Positions 28,362-38,299 of a DNA stretch of 64,000 bases are shown here, one piece after another (positions within the stretch are counted from its first letter, which is position 1; each line of letters opens with the position of its first letter). The stretch comes from an uncultured Bacteroidota bacterium (GTDB lineage Bacteria > Bacteroidota > Bacteroidia > Bacteroidales > B18-G4). The stretch is taken from positions 198,419 to 262,418 of the forward strand of contig CAWCAB010000003.1 in NCBI GenBank assembly GCA_963793485.1. The letters run 5' to 3'. Below the pieces are notes generated by a model. The model was not told the DNA's origin. It made no database searches and was given only the letters and a program-made list of their open reading frames with translations. The position numbers and the translations under genes are program-made.

Positions 28362-29015
28362 TTATTCCGTAAAAACAAATTGAATAATATTTGCTCCCAT
28401 CTGGAGTGCTTTTAAGCGTGTTTCCTCTGAGTCCTTATGAACGGCTGCATTTTCCCATCCATCGCCCAGATCACACTCAAAGGTGTAAAAACAAACAAGT
28501 CTGCCTTCGTAGATTAATCCAAATCCTTGCGGGGCTTTATCATCATGCACATGAACCTTTGGGAGGCCATTTGGAAAAGAATATTTCTGATGATAGATGG
28601 GATGGTCGAAAGGGAGCTCCACAAAATCGAGTTCTGGAAAAACCTTTTTCATTTGTGGCCTGATAAACTTATCGAGTCCATAATTATCATCGATATGAAG
28701 AAAGCCGCCTGAGATCAGGTATTCCCTAAGGTTTTTTACCTCCTGGGGAGAAAAGATCACATTGCCATGTCCTGTCATGTGAATAAATGGGTAGTTGAAA
28801 ATATCCGGACTGCTTACCTCAACTGTGGCATAATCTTCCTCCAGCGTAGTGCCGAGATTGTTATTACAGAAAGAGATCAGGTTTGGCAGGGATGTCGGAT
28901 TGGCATACCAGTCGCCGCCGCCACTGTATTTAAGCAAAGCAATTTGCAACTGCGCCATAAGCGGTGCTGATGACGCAAGTAAGACAATAATGATCAGGAT
29001 AAATATTCTTTTCAT
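28362..29015 (-). CDS. DUF4159-like secreted protein
   Basis: Signal peptide followed by LQIALLKYSGGGDWYANPTSLPNL, the hallmark of DUF4159. Confidence 0.7.
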   Translation of the reverse strand: MKRIFILIIIVLLASSAPLMAQLQIALLKYSGGGDWYANPTSLPNLISFCNNNLGTTLEEDYATVEVSSPDIFNYPFIHMTGHGNVIFSPQEVKNLREYLISGGFLHIDDNYGLDKFIRPQMKKVFPELDFVELPFDHPIYHQKYSFPNGLPKVHVHDDKAPQGFGLIYEGRLVCFYTFECDLGDGWENAAVHKDSEETRLKALQMGANIIQFVFTE

Positions 29016-29044
29016 AAAGGATTAACGCAAAACAACCTTCAATG

Positions 29045-29093
29045 TTCTTATTTTTATTCTTATTCTTATTCCTTGTTCATTATTCATTATTCA
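29045..29093. repeat. AT-rich heptamer block (7 units) containing the rsmE stop
   Basis: ttcttat ttttatt cttattc ttattcc ttgttca ttattca ttattca. The minus strand reads tgaataa tgaataa tgaacaa. Confidence 0.8.
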
Positions 29094-29784
29094 TAAGCAC
29101 CACCGAGTGCACCGCCACTACTCCTGCTGTTTCTGTCCTTAGCCTGCTGTCCCCCAGACTAACAAGGACAAATCCATTTTTCTTTGCAAGTTCCACTTCC
29201 TCCGGACTGAAATCTCCTTCCGGGCCAATGAGGATAGTTGCATCTTTTCCCGGCTTGTATAAGGATTTCAAAGAAGGATGTTCCCCTTCTTCTACATAGG
29301 CAATGAATTTTTGTTCATTAGCCACCTTGCCTATGAGCTCATTAAAACTGGTTGCCTCATGCAAAACAGGATGGTATGCTTTGATGGATTGTTTTAGGGC
29401 TGCCGTGATTACCTTATTCAGGCGATCAATCTTCACTATTTTCCGTTCCGACCGCTGGCAGATTATCGGGCTGATCTCATCTATGCCTATCTCTGTTGCC
29501 TTCTCCAGGAACCACTCCAGGCGATTAATGTTTTTAGTGGGAGCGATGGCAATATGGACATGGTAGTCTCTTTTGCCATATTCTTCCTGAACTTTTACGA
29601 TCCTGACCTCACAGCGACGAGGATCCTCATTGATCAGTTCCCCGGTACACATCCTTCCCACTCCATCAGTCAGTTGGATGGTATCGCCGGTTTTCATGCG
29701 CAATACCCTGATGATATGCTTCGATTCCTGCTCTTCCAGTGTATGAAGCTCACCTTTCAGGTCTGGTGCGTAAAATAATTGCAT
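29080..29784 (-). CDS. rsmE: 16S rRNA (uracil1498-N3)-methyltransferase
   Basis: MQLFYAPDL...ESKHIIRVLRMKTGDTIQLTDGVG and C-terminal ILIGPEGDFSPEEV...LGDSRLRTETAG are typical of RsmE. Confidence 0.9.
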   Translation of the reverse strand: MQLFYAPDLKGELHTLEEQESKHIIRVLRMKTGDTIQLTDGVGRMCTGELINEDPRRCEVRIVKVQEEYGKRDYHVHIAIAPTKNINRLEWFLEKATEIGIDEISPIICQRSERKIVKIDRLNKVITAALKQSIKAYHPVLHEATSFNELIGKVANEQKFIAYVEEGEHPSLKSLYKPGKDATILIGPEGDFSPEEVELAKKNGFVLVSLGDSRLRTETAGVVAVHSVVLMNNE

Positions 29785-29798
29785 AATCTTAGATCTTC

Positions 29799-32700
29799 CT
29801 AATGAACAACAATCTTTTGTGTTACATTCAGTTCATTCGAAACAAAGCTGATGAAATAGATCCCCTGTGGGAGTCCTGTTGCATCAAAACGACTTATGTC
29901 GCTGTTGGCAGCGATCTTTTCTGCATGAACCAGCTGACCATTCACATTCTGCACTCTCATCTGTAAATCATCGTGCTTTTCGGGAAGAATGATGTTGAAA
30001 ATGCCTTCTGAAGGATTGGGATAAATGAACACCTCTCCTGCATCGGTGATCTGGTTGTTTATTCCTTCCGAATTGGAAATAGAGATATTGTCGATATAGA
30101 TATTGTTTCCGCGGAAAGCATAAGTTTCAAATGCAATCATAATGCCGGATTCTGAGGCGTAATCGCTCAGGTCAAGAAAAACACAGGCATTGCCAAATCC
30201 CGATCCACACCAGTCATCTTCTGTTTGCGGAGCAAAAAACGTTACTGATGGAGGAGCTGTTTCAAGGTCTTCGAACGCAGCAGAATACAGTCTTGTCCAA
30301 CTGCCACCACAGTTTGTGGAAACTTTTACTATTAGTGTATCCACAAAAGGATATTTGCTGGAATAGGCATGCTGAAAGAACAGGGCGGGTGAAATAGAAG
30401 TGCTAAGGTTCAGTGCAGGTGAGATCAGGATGTCGCGCGAGCCAAGGGTGTTATTGTCGAAAATATTCATCCATGCGGCCTTATTGCCTGGTGTATTGCC
30501 TTCCACCTCTGTGATGGCCCAGCCGATGTCGCTATTCGGATTTTCAGTAGTCCATCCTTTGTCATTGAGGGTTCCATCCTCAAAGTCTTCAGTGAATGGC
30601 AGCATTTTACCACCGATTGATATGTAATCGATTTTGCACAAGCTACTCTGACCGTTATTATTTTGGGCTGTGAGTGTAACGCAATATGCACCGGAGCTGT
30701 TGAACTTCACTTCCGGATGCTGAGAGATGGCACTTGTACCGTTCAGGAATGTTACATCATTCGGATCAAACTCCCATTGCCATGAATCCGGGCAATTGAG
30801 TGTGAGGTCGGTGAAGTTTATTTCATCAGTATTGCAAGGTGCCAGCTGATCTGCTTTGAAATTAACTTCCGGGAGGATATCTGTACTAACTGTAATATAG
30901 CCTGCCACATATGTTGAATCCTGCCCAAACTCGTTCCAAACCTTAAGAGCAACAGAGTAGGTGCCCGGTGTTGCGTAATTGATCCCCATCGGGTTCATAT
31001 CATTAGATGTTCCCGGCGTTCCCCCTTCAAAGGTCCATTCAAAGTAATGGGGTATCCCGGTTGACATATTATAATAATCGACATTGCAATTGGGCGGGAT
31101 AAGGTTTGCTGAACTTGAGAAAGCTGCTTCAGGAGCACCTGCCCACATATCAGATCCCCACAAACCACGCCCATAGGTTCCTGCCCTGATCGCATCCTTA
31201 CTGATGCTGTCAGGGTCATAGTAAATCTCGACCTCGCGAACAGAGGCATCGACAGGGAGCCCCTCATTGAACCAGATCCAGTCGGTCATGCCATATTCTT
31301 TGTAAAAAACACCGAGATCTGAGCTTACGTAAAGGCCTTCCTGGCTATTTTTATAATAGGCAATCGATGTTAAATTCACACTCGGCAGGTTGCCGGTGAT
31401 ATCAGTCCAACTGATACCTTTGTCAATGCTTTTATAGATATTGTTCCCGAGGGCAATATAAACAATGTTTTCATCGAAAGGATGAGCTTCAATATCTCCT
31501 GCCACTCCACCCTGAGGAAGGTTCGCGGAGATTTCCTCCCACACAGGATAACTGCTATATGCGTCATCAGTACGGTAAACTGCGCCATTGTATTTCCCGG
31601 CATACATTATGCTTGGATTGGCCGGCGACTGCTCAACAACGGCCATATTGTCGCCATTGCTGAAATCTGATACCTTTTTCCATGATATTTGTGCGCTGTT
31701 TGCCTTGACATTATTGCATCGCCAGATGTTCTTGTATCCGATGAACATGATGTTGGGATCATATTCATCCAGGATAAAAGGAGTGATCCATGCACCCTCT
31801 TCATTGATCCCGTAAATTCCATCCCTGCATACATCGGTCTGATAATTATTATTGTAGTAGCGAGCTACATTACCATAGTAAAGTGATGCATAACTGTAAT
31901 TTGCGTCAGTATAATCGATGATGCACTCAAATCCGTCACCGCCACGTGTAAAGTCCCAGTCGACGCCATTATAGGTCGAAGTCCCGTTATCCTGGTATCC
32001 ATTGATAACCAGGTCTTTTACACTTGCACTTTGTCCGATCTTGTATACCTGGCTAATGGCCATACCGTCGGTGATCACGGTCCAGTTGGTGCCTCCGTTG
32101 GCAGTGAAGTATATCCCACCATCATTTCCTGTATAAAGCCTACCATCGGCAGGGTTATATTCCAGCACATGCAGGTCGGCATGAACGGCAGGCACTCCGC
32201 AGTCGCCCCACCAGTGGGAACTGATATTCCAGGTCTGTCCGCCGTCTGTTGATTTGAAACAGTTTACTCCACCGGCAAAGATGGTATTTTCATCCGCTGG
32301 ATCTGCTGCCATGTCGAGGTCGTACCAGGCCTGTCCGCCACTGCCACCGTCGCAACCCCAGCTCATGATGTTGGGTGAGTTCGACATTTCTGTAAAGCTT
32401 TCACCTGCATCAGTGGATCTGTAGAGTGCCTTGAATTCGCTTCCACCGGTTGTAAGGAAATAAACCACCTCAGTATTGGCTGGAGTTACGGCGATCACGC
32501 CACGTGAACTTGTGGCAAGCCCATTGGTGATCTGTACCCAATTAGTGCCGCCATTTATTGTTTTGAAGAATGCGCCACTTTTGCTGGCAAACATGGTCTC
32601 TGGATCATCGGTTTTGAAGACGATCTCTTTGAAGTTTCCGCTGATCTGCTGTGTCCAGTTTTGTGCTCCATCAGTGGTCACATATATTCCTCCTCCTGTT

Positions 32701-33447
32701 GCGGCGTAAAGTTTATTGTGGTCACTGGGGTGGATGATCATCCTGCCCACGGTAGTGTTTCCCATGCCTGTGTTGGCCTCTGTCCAGTTTACTCCGCCGT
32801 CGGTTGACTTGAGTACTCCAATACCCAATGGCATCACCGGCATCGCGGTCGCCGGAACCCATATAAATTATCTCAGGATTGTCATAATCTACTGCAATGG
32901 AAGAAACACCAAGAGTTGGAAGGTCGTCACAATAACTTACCCATGTGATCCCGCCATCGTTAGTGATCCACAGGCCACCGGCAGGTGCCCCGGCAAAAAT
33001 GGTGTTTGGATCTGTGGGATGGAAAGCAATGGCATTCAGCCTTCCAAGTCCCTGGTATCCCTTGGCATTCGGAATATTGAATGGGCCCAGGTTTTCCCAC
33101 TCGCCTGCAGGTGATTTTGCAGCCGGGTTGTTATTCATGAACTTTTGGTATTCGGTCCAGAGATAATTTGATGGAAGTCGTTCCCCGTCAGGTTTGATGC
33201 GGAATTGCATCATATATTCCCAACGTTTGTAAGGCTTGAAACCGCTTCCCCTGGTGACCTCACGGCCATCCCAATAAGTATTGAAAGCATCCTGGACATC
33301 AAAGAAATTCACAGTTTCGTCCTGCATCATTTCTATCCAGTGTGGGTAGTTTTTATAATCAGGGTTGTTGTTGTCGGTAGTTCGCTGGGCCCAAATAGAA
33401 AGGCTTACCAGGACTGCCATGGCAGCAAGGAAGATAGATTTTTTCAT
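29799..33447 (-). pseudogene. Large secreted BNR/Asp-box beta-propeller + PKD-like + T9SS C-terminal-domain protein, split by a 1-nt frameshift (ORFs 32722..33447 and 29799..32843)
   Basis: The N-terminal ORF has signal peptide MKKSIFLAAMAVLVSLSIWAQ and reads ...GSGDRDAGDAIG. The second ORF continues IGVLKSTDGGVNW. Repeated S/TxDGGxxW motifs are present. The C-terminus IYPNPSEGIFNIIL...GIYFISFVSNELNVTQKIVVH is a T9SS CTD. Whether the shift is real or an assembly error is unknown. Confidence 0.8.
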
Positions 33448-33505
33448 TAGTTAATCAATTAGGTTTTAAGCAACAAATCTACAATAAATTAATTTCTAAG
33501 GAGAT

Positions 33506-33536
33506 AAAAAAAACCTCAGCAGAAGCTGAGGTTTTT
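33506..33536 (-). terminator. Intrinsic terminator of the cyd operon
   Basis: A8 - cctcagc agaa gctgagg - T5. On the minus strand the stem is followed by T8. Confidence 0.8.
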
Positions 33537-33543
33537 GATATTC

Positions 33544-33585
33544 TATACTCGTTATTCGATACTCGTTACTCGATATTCGGCACTC
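33544..33585. repeat. Heptamer block (6 units, 14-bp super-period)
   Basis: tatactc gttattc gatactc gttactc gatattc ggcactc. Confidence 0.8.
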
Positions 33586-33590
33586 AAGTT

Positions 33591-33707
33591 TTACTTAGCA
33601 GAGTTTGCTTTCTTTTCAAAGCGTTTAAGAGCTACAAGCACCAGGCGGTAGCTGATGAAGATCAGTACGGGCCAGATGATGAGCCATATTATTTCCATTG
33701 TATACAT
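33591..33707 (-). CDS. 38-aa single-TM ORF directly after cydB (CydX/CydS-like candidate), below the ORF-track cutoff
   Basis: Hand translation gives MYTMEIIWLIIWPVLIFISYRLVLVALKRFEKKANSAK. It starts 18 nt after the cydB stop on the same strand and lies upstream of the operon terminator. Confidence 0.5.
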   Translation of the reverse strand: MYTMEIIWLIIWPVLIFISYRLVLVALKRFEKKANSAK

Positions 33708-33725
33708 AGTATTGCTTTTTTCAGT

Positions 33726-34886
33726 TTAGTAAATGTGTTGATCCTCGTCTTCCATTTCCTCTGTCGTGATCTTCTTGTTGCTGATGGCTTTCCAGGCATA
33801 CCAGATGTAGGCCAGTACAAATGGAACCATTAATGAAACATAGCTCATGGCAGTAAGGGTGTAATGGCTGGATGATGCATTCTGAATAGTCAGTGAGCTC
33901 TGGATATCTGTGTAAGAAGGATAAAAAGCCGTATTGTTAAATCCTGCTACCAGAAACAATGCAAAGACTGTAAGGAATGTACCTATGCCTCCATGCCAGA
34001 TCACCTTGTCGTGGCATTTTTTATAATCCATAAGCGGACGAATGATACCCAGCAATACAGCCACAACACCAAGGGCAAAGAGAACCAGGACTACTGGCAT
34101 CTCCAATAGGTTGTGGAGGTATTTATAAGGTTCCATGCTTACTATTCCGCTTTCAGGATTGACAGCATAGCCACTCATGAGCAAGAGATTGGCGGCAAAG
34201 AAAAGGAAGAAGACCAGGAATGGTACTGCATTCATGATCAGCTTTTTCTTCAGCCTGGCGTTTATGTTCTCTTCGTCCACCGAATTCATAAAGTATTGCA
34301 CAGCCAGTACTCTTGCCAGGAAGAACACAGCAAGTCCGAGCGAGAGGTTAACAAAGGTTTCATACCTGGCGAAATTAAAGGCAAGTTCCAGTCCACGGTA
34401 TGGTGTTTCCCATTCCACCTGGTTCATCATGTTCAACTTGAAGGGTGAACCGGTGAAGAAAGTTGCCACAGCTGTTCCGATAAGCACAGTGCCTAAAAGT
34501 CCGTTCACAAACAGGAAGCCTTCATAGGTGCGTTTCCCAAGGAAGTTACCTGCCCTGGTCCTGTATTCATAGGCTACAGCCTGAATGATAAATGCGAATA
34601 ATATAAGCATCCATACCCAATAGGCACCACCGAAACTGGTGGCATAAAATAGTGGGAAGGATGCAAAGAAAGCCCCACCAAAAGTTACCAGGGTTGTGAA
34701 AGTAAATTCCCATTTACGGCCCAGGGCGTTCACCAGTATGGTTCTCTCAGTATCGGTTTTACCCAGGCAATAGATCATGGTCTGACCACCCTGAACAAAC
34801 ATCAGGAAAACCAGTATCGCAGCAAGGATGGACACGATGATCCACCAGTACTGCTGTAATGCTAATAATGATAGTGTTTCAAACAT
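33726..34886 (-). CDS. cydB: Cytochrome bd ubiquinol/menaquinol oxidase subunit II
   Basis: From ATG 34884-34886 (MFETLSLLALQQYWWIIVSILAAIL), 1 nt after the cydA stop. Multi-TM and CydB-like throughout. Confidence 0.9.
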   Translation of the reverse strand: MFETLSLLALQQYWWIIVSILAAILVFLMFVQGGQTMIYCLGKTDTERTILVNALGRKWEFTFTTLVTFGGAFFASFPLFYATSFGGAYWVWMLILFAFIIQAVAYEYRTRAGNFLGKRTYEGFLFVNGLLGTVLIGTAVATFFTGSPFKLNMMNQVEWETPYRGLELAFNFARYETFVNLSLGLAVFFLARVLAVQYFMNSVDEENINARLKKKLIMNAVPFLVFFLFFAANLLLMSGYAVNPESGIVSMEPYKYLHNLLEMPVVLVLFALGVVAVLLGIIRPLMDYKKCHDKVIWHGGIGTFLTVFALFLVAGFNNTAFYPSYTDIQSSLTIQNASSSHYTLTAMSYVSLMVPFVLAYIWYAWKAISNKKITTEEMEDEDQHIY

Positions 34887-34887
34887 C

Positions 34888-36495
34888 TTATTGTCCTCCT
34901 TCTTTAGGTCCTTTTTTAATAACACTTAACATGATCTTCACTTCTGCGATTAGCAGCACTGTGAAGGTCACAACGAAGAGCCAGAATGTGATCTGCACAT
35001 TGCTCGTTGCATTTTTTGTTACTGCTGATATGGTTGGCATCAGGTCCTGGATTACCCAGGGTTGCCGTCCCATTTCAGCCAGCAACCATCCGGCTTGCTG
35101 GGCTATATAAACCAGCGGGATGCCAAGCAGGGATACCCATAATATCCATTTTCTGCGTTCAAGCTTTCCATTAAGTACATTGATCAGCACAAGAATGAAA
35201 ATAAGCAGAAAATATCCGGCCAGGATGACCATGACATGGAATGAATAAAAAGAAATAGGCACACTTGGGATCAGATCCTTGGGGTTATCATAGTAACCAT
35301 AACCAAAATAGGCAAAGTAGTTGTCAACCCATTCAGGATCAGAAAAGAGTGCTTCCAGTGAATCGGCTTTTTCCACGTACGACAACCTGATCATTTCATT
35401 GGCCTTGCTGTTTTCAGCAATGTTCTTCGCTTCTTTATATTGGTATAGGGTAGTGATTGCGATGCGCCCTCTTTCCATTCGTTCAGGATATGAAAGGATG
35501 TCTTTCCCATTGTGATCCGTATAACCATTTACAAGGTCTTTGATCCCGGGCACATATGCACCTGCTTCAAGGAATGCCATATAGGATAGCATATCAGGAA
35601 TCTCAATAGAGAAGGCGAATTTTCTTTCATTGACGTTTGCTACATCAGGGTCAACTTTTTCCATAAATCCAATGGCTACCAGGGGTGCATTGGTTTGTCC
35701 TTCATACATCCCCTCCATGGCTGCAAACTTCATTGGTTGCACTTTGGCGATTTGTCTTGCAGACTCATCACCGGCATGAATGTTCATCAATGACATGACA
35801 AGCCCGAAGACTGCTGCAACGACCATACTCCTTTTAGCAAAAAGGCTATGACGCTTTTTCAGTAAGTACCAGGCACTGATGCCAATTACAAATATAGCAG
35901 CCAGCACATAGCCGGAGGTGATTGTATGCAGGAATTTATTGATGGCAACAGGGGAGAAGAGCACCTCCCAGAAGTTCACCATCTCATTCCTTGCTGTTAC
36001 AGGATTGAATTTCATCCCAACAGGATTTTGCATCCATGCATTGGCCACAAGTATCCACAAGGCCGAAAGGTTAGCCCCGAAGGCAACCAGCCAGGTGGAG
36101 GCGAGGTGGAATTTCTTTCCAACCTTGTTCCATCCAAAGAACATGATCGCTATGAAGGTGGACTCCATAAAGAAGGCCATGATCCCTTCGATGGCCAGAG
36201 GAGCGCCAAAGATGTCGCCCACAAACCATGAGTAGTTCGACCAGTTCGTTCCGAATTCAAATTCCAGGATAATCCCGGTGGCTACCCCAATGGCGAAGTT
36301 GATCCCAAATAATGTCATCCAGAATTTGGTGATCTTTTTCCACTCGGGATTGCCAGTCTTTACATAAATCGACTCCATTATGGCAATAATGAAAGTCAGG
36401 CCAAGGGTCAGCGGTACAAAGATCCAGTGGAACATGGCTGTCACTGCAAATTGTAATCGCGACCATTCAACCAATGCAAAATCAATGTTTTCCAT
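34888..36495 (-). CDS. cydA: Cytochrome bd oxidase subunit I
   Basis: N-terminus LSRLQFAVTAMFHWIFVPLTLGL and GRQPWVIQDLM near the C-terminus are typical of CydA. A long Q-loop insert is present. Confidence 0.95.
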   Translation of the reverse strand: MENIDFALVEWSRLQFAVTAMFHWIFVPLTLGLTFIIAIMESIYVKTGNPEWKKITKFWMTLFGINFAIGVATGIILEFEFGTNWSNYSWFVGDIFGAPLAIEGIMAFFMESTFIAIMFFGWNKVGKKFHLASTWLVAFGANLSALWILVANAWMQNPVGMKFNPVTARNEMVNFWEVLFSPVAINKFLHTITSGYVLAAIFVIGISAWYLLKKRHSLFAKRSMVVAAVFGLVMSLMNIHAGDESARQIAKVQPMKFAAMEGMYEGQTNAPLVAIGFMEKVDPDVANVNERKFAFSIEIPDMLSYMAFLEAGAYVPGIKDLVNGYTDHNGKDILSYPERMERGRIAITTLYQYKEAKNIAENSKANEMIRLSYVEKADSLEALFSDPEWVDNYFAYFGYGYYDNPKDLIPSVPISFYSFHVMVILAGYFLLIFILVLINVLNGKLERRKWILWVSLLGIPLVYIAQQAGWLLAEMGRQPWVIQDLMPTISAVTKNATSNVQITFWLFVVTFTVLLIAEVKIMLSVIKKGPKEGGQ

Positions 36496-36499
36496 AGTG

Positions 36500-36721
36500 T
36501 TAATTGGTTTTAGTTAGTTGTTCTATAACATGATCACTTCGTTCCTCATCGGATTCGAAGTTGGTGTTTAAAAAGTTGGGAAAGAAAAAAAACTTGAGTA
36601 TGGCAAACATAATGAACAGCTTGATCAAAATGATAATCCACAATCTCCTGCCGACAGGACTGAGGTTTCTGAAGCCGTCGTAGTAGAAATTAAAGACCCG
36701 TGCAAAGACGTTTTTCTTCAA
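36500..36721 (-). CDS. DUF4492-like small membrane protein preceding cydA
   Basis: MKKNVFARVFNFYYDGFRNLSPVGRRLWIIILIKLFIMF, with a TTG start. The position upstream of cydA is typical in Bacteroidota. Confidence 0.65.
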   Translation of the reverse strand: MKKNVFARVFNFYYDGFRNLSPVGRRLWIIILIKLFIMFAILKFFFFPNFLNTNFESDEERSDHVIEQLTKTN

Positions 36722-36740
36722 TAATCTGGTTTTTGTAGGC

Positions 36741-36748
36741 CAAATATA
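36741..36748 (-). promoter_or_regulatory. -7 box candidate (TATATTTG on minus strand) for the cyd operon
   Basis: TAnnTTTG match 20 nt upstream of the DUF4492 start. No clear -33 TTTG. Confidence 0.3.
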
Positions 36749-36841
36749 TAATAAAATAAGTATTCAGATACTTAATTGTTGAAATCTTCTGAAAATTGCT
36801 TTCGCAACTTATTTTATATGCAATAGGCCTTGAATTGCCGT

Positions 36842-37306
36842 TTAGTAGTCAAGTGTAAGGATGCCTCCACTGGTAAAATTGAAGAACTTATCCTTGTCGG
36901 CTACCAGCACTCCTTCCATGAGCATATCTTCTGTGATGCCCTTCACTTTCATGCATCCAGGGCAGGCCATTACGGTAACCCCTTTTTTGAGTAATTTGCC
37001 GATGAGCTCATCAGAAGGGGGGAAATGGTCTTCGAAAGTGACTGCTTCTCCATCTTTCAGTACGAGTTCGATGGCATTGATATCGAGATACACTGCTACA
37101 TCTTTTGTTTCAGCCATTTTGGTGGCCATCATCAGACCCATGAGTGCACGGTGTGCATCATCACTGCCATGCGTGATGTGCAGGAATACCCCGGTAGTTT
37201 TGTAATTCTGTGATTTTTTGGCCTTGTCAGCCTCTTCTTCAACATCCACATTAATGCAACTAACAGCTATTGCAGCAATAAGTAGCAAACTGAATACTTT
37301 TTTCAT
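36842..37306 (-). CDS. DsrE/DsrF-like fold lipoprotein with a CPGC motif
   Basis: Lipobox IAVSC. GVFLHITHGSDDAHRALMGLMMA and VMACPGCMKVKGI resemble the DsrE-like family. Confidence 0.5.
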   Translation of the reverse strand: MKKVFSLLLIAAIAVSCINVDVEEEADKAKKSQNYKTTGVFLHITHGSDDAHRALMGLMMATKMAETKDVAVYLDINAIELVLKDGEAVTFEDHFPPSDELIGKLLKKGVTVMACPGCMKVKGITEDMLMEGVLVADKDKFFNFTSGGILTLDY

Positions 37307-37317
37307 TTTATTGTTTT

Positions 37318-37704
37318 TTATTCGGTCGGTTCCCCGGCTTGTTTCTCTTTTTGGTCTTCGCTTTTTACTATTTTTATCTCACCAGTGCCATATCCTGAAT
37401 CAATGATGGCTGCCTTGAAATCATCGGCACTAACCTTTGCAGGATCGAATTTTACTTTGGCCTGTTCATATTCCAGTGATACCTTGGCATCAGATACACC
37501 TTCAAGCCCGCTAAGTGCTGAAGTGACTGTGTTTACACATCCATCGCAATGCATGCCGGTCACATCGATGATCGCTATTTCGATAAGCCCTTCCTGAGGG
37601 CCTGTTTCTTCTGTTGCGGCCTTAGTGTCTTGTTCAGGAGTTGTGGTATTATTACATGACGCAATGAAGATGGTCAGTACAAGGAGAAACGAGATTCTTT
37701 TCAT
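37318..37704 (-). CDS. Heavy-metal-associated (HMA) domain lipoprotein (periplasmic CopZ-like)
   Basis: Lipobox FIASC and metal-binding motif GMHCDGC within a ferredoxin-like HMA domain. Confidence 0.8.
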   Translation of the reverse strand: MKRISFLLVLTIFIASCNNTTTPEQDTKAATEETGPQEGLIEIAIIDVTGMHCDGCVNTVTSALSGLEGVSDAKVSLEYEQAKVKFDPAKVSADDFKAAIIDSGYGTGEIKIVKSEDQKEKQAGEPTE

Positions 37705-37982
37705 GATTAAGGGGTTTGTTTAGTGTGAAACAAATTTAATAAATATATACTGAAAAAGCTACCGAAAATTATTAACCGCCATTTATAAATTACCCTACCC
37801 CTGCACATCCTCCATACTTGAAAGGGGGAGAGGTGCTTCTGATTGAAGGATATGCTGGAAAGTGGCCTGTGGTGGTTGAGATCTTCACAGAAAAGGGAAG
37901 GATCTTTTGGAAGCTGGTAAAGGAGTAGTCACCAGAGCTCCCTCGCCTCTGCTAGGGATGACAGAATAGGTGAGAAAAGCAA

Positions 37983-38035
37983 AAGAAGGGCGCGGCGCAT
38001 AACTATGTTAATCATGGGAGCGCCGCACCCTTCTT
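37983..38035. other. Long GC-rich hairpin (15 of 16 bp paired, 21-nt loop) in a roughly 600-bp non-coding divergent region
   Basis: aagaagggcgcggcgc ... gcgccgcacccttctt. On the minus strand it is followed by ttgcttttctc. Confidence 0.7.
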
Positions 38036-38049
38036 TCTAACAATTTCAA

Positions 38050-38091
38050 AACCTGTAACCAACCCAACACTCAACATTCAACACTCAACAC
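38050..38091. repeat. Heptamer block TCAACAC (6 units)
   Basis: aacctgt aaccaac ccaacac tcaacat tcaacac tcaacac. Confidence 0.8.
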
Positions 38092-38299
38092 CTTTTTATA
38101 GGTTTAAGATCCAGTCAGCAGTTATTTAGTATGATTTTAAATATATATTCTGTTAGCTTTACATATGTATATTTTTATATTTTTGGAAACAGGTACTCGA
38201 TTGCCTTATTAAAGTCGGAAATTGGTACTTACTTGAGCGGGGAATTATGCTATTTTTTTGTTATTTTTGGTGAATATCATACCAAAACCACAGAATTAA

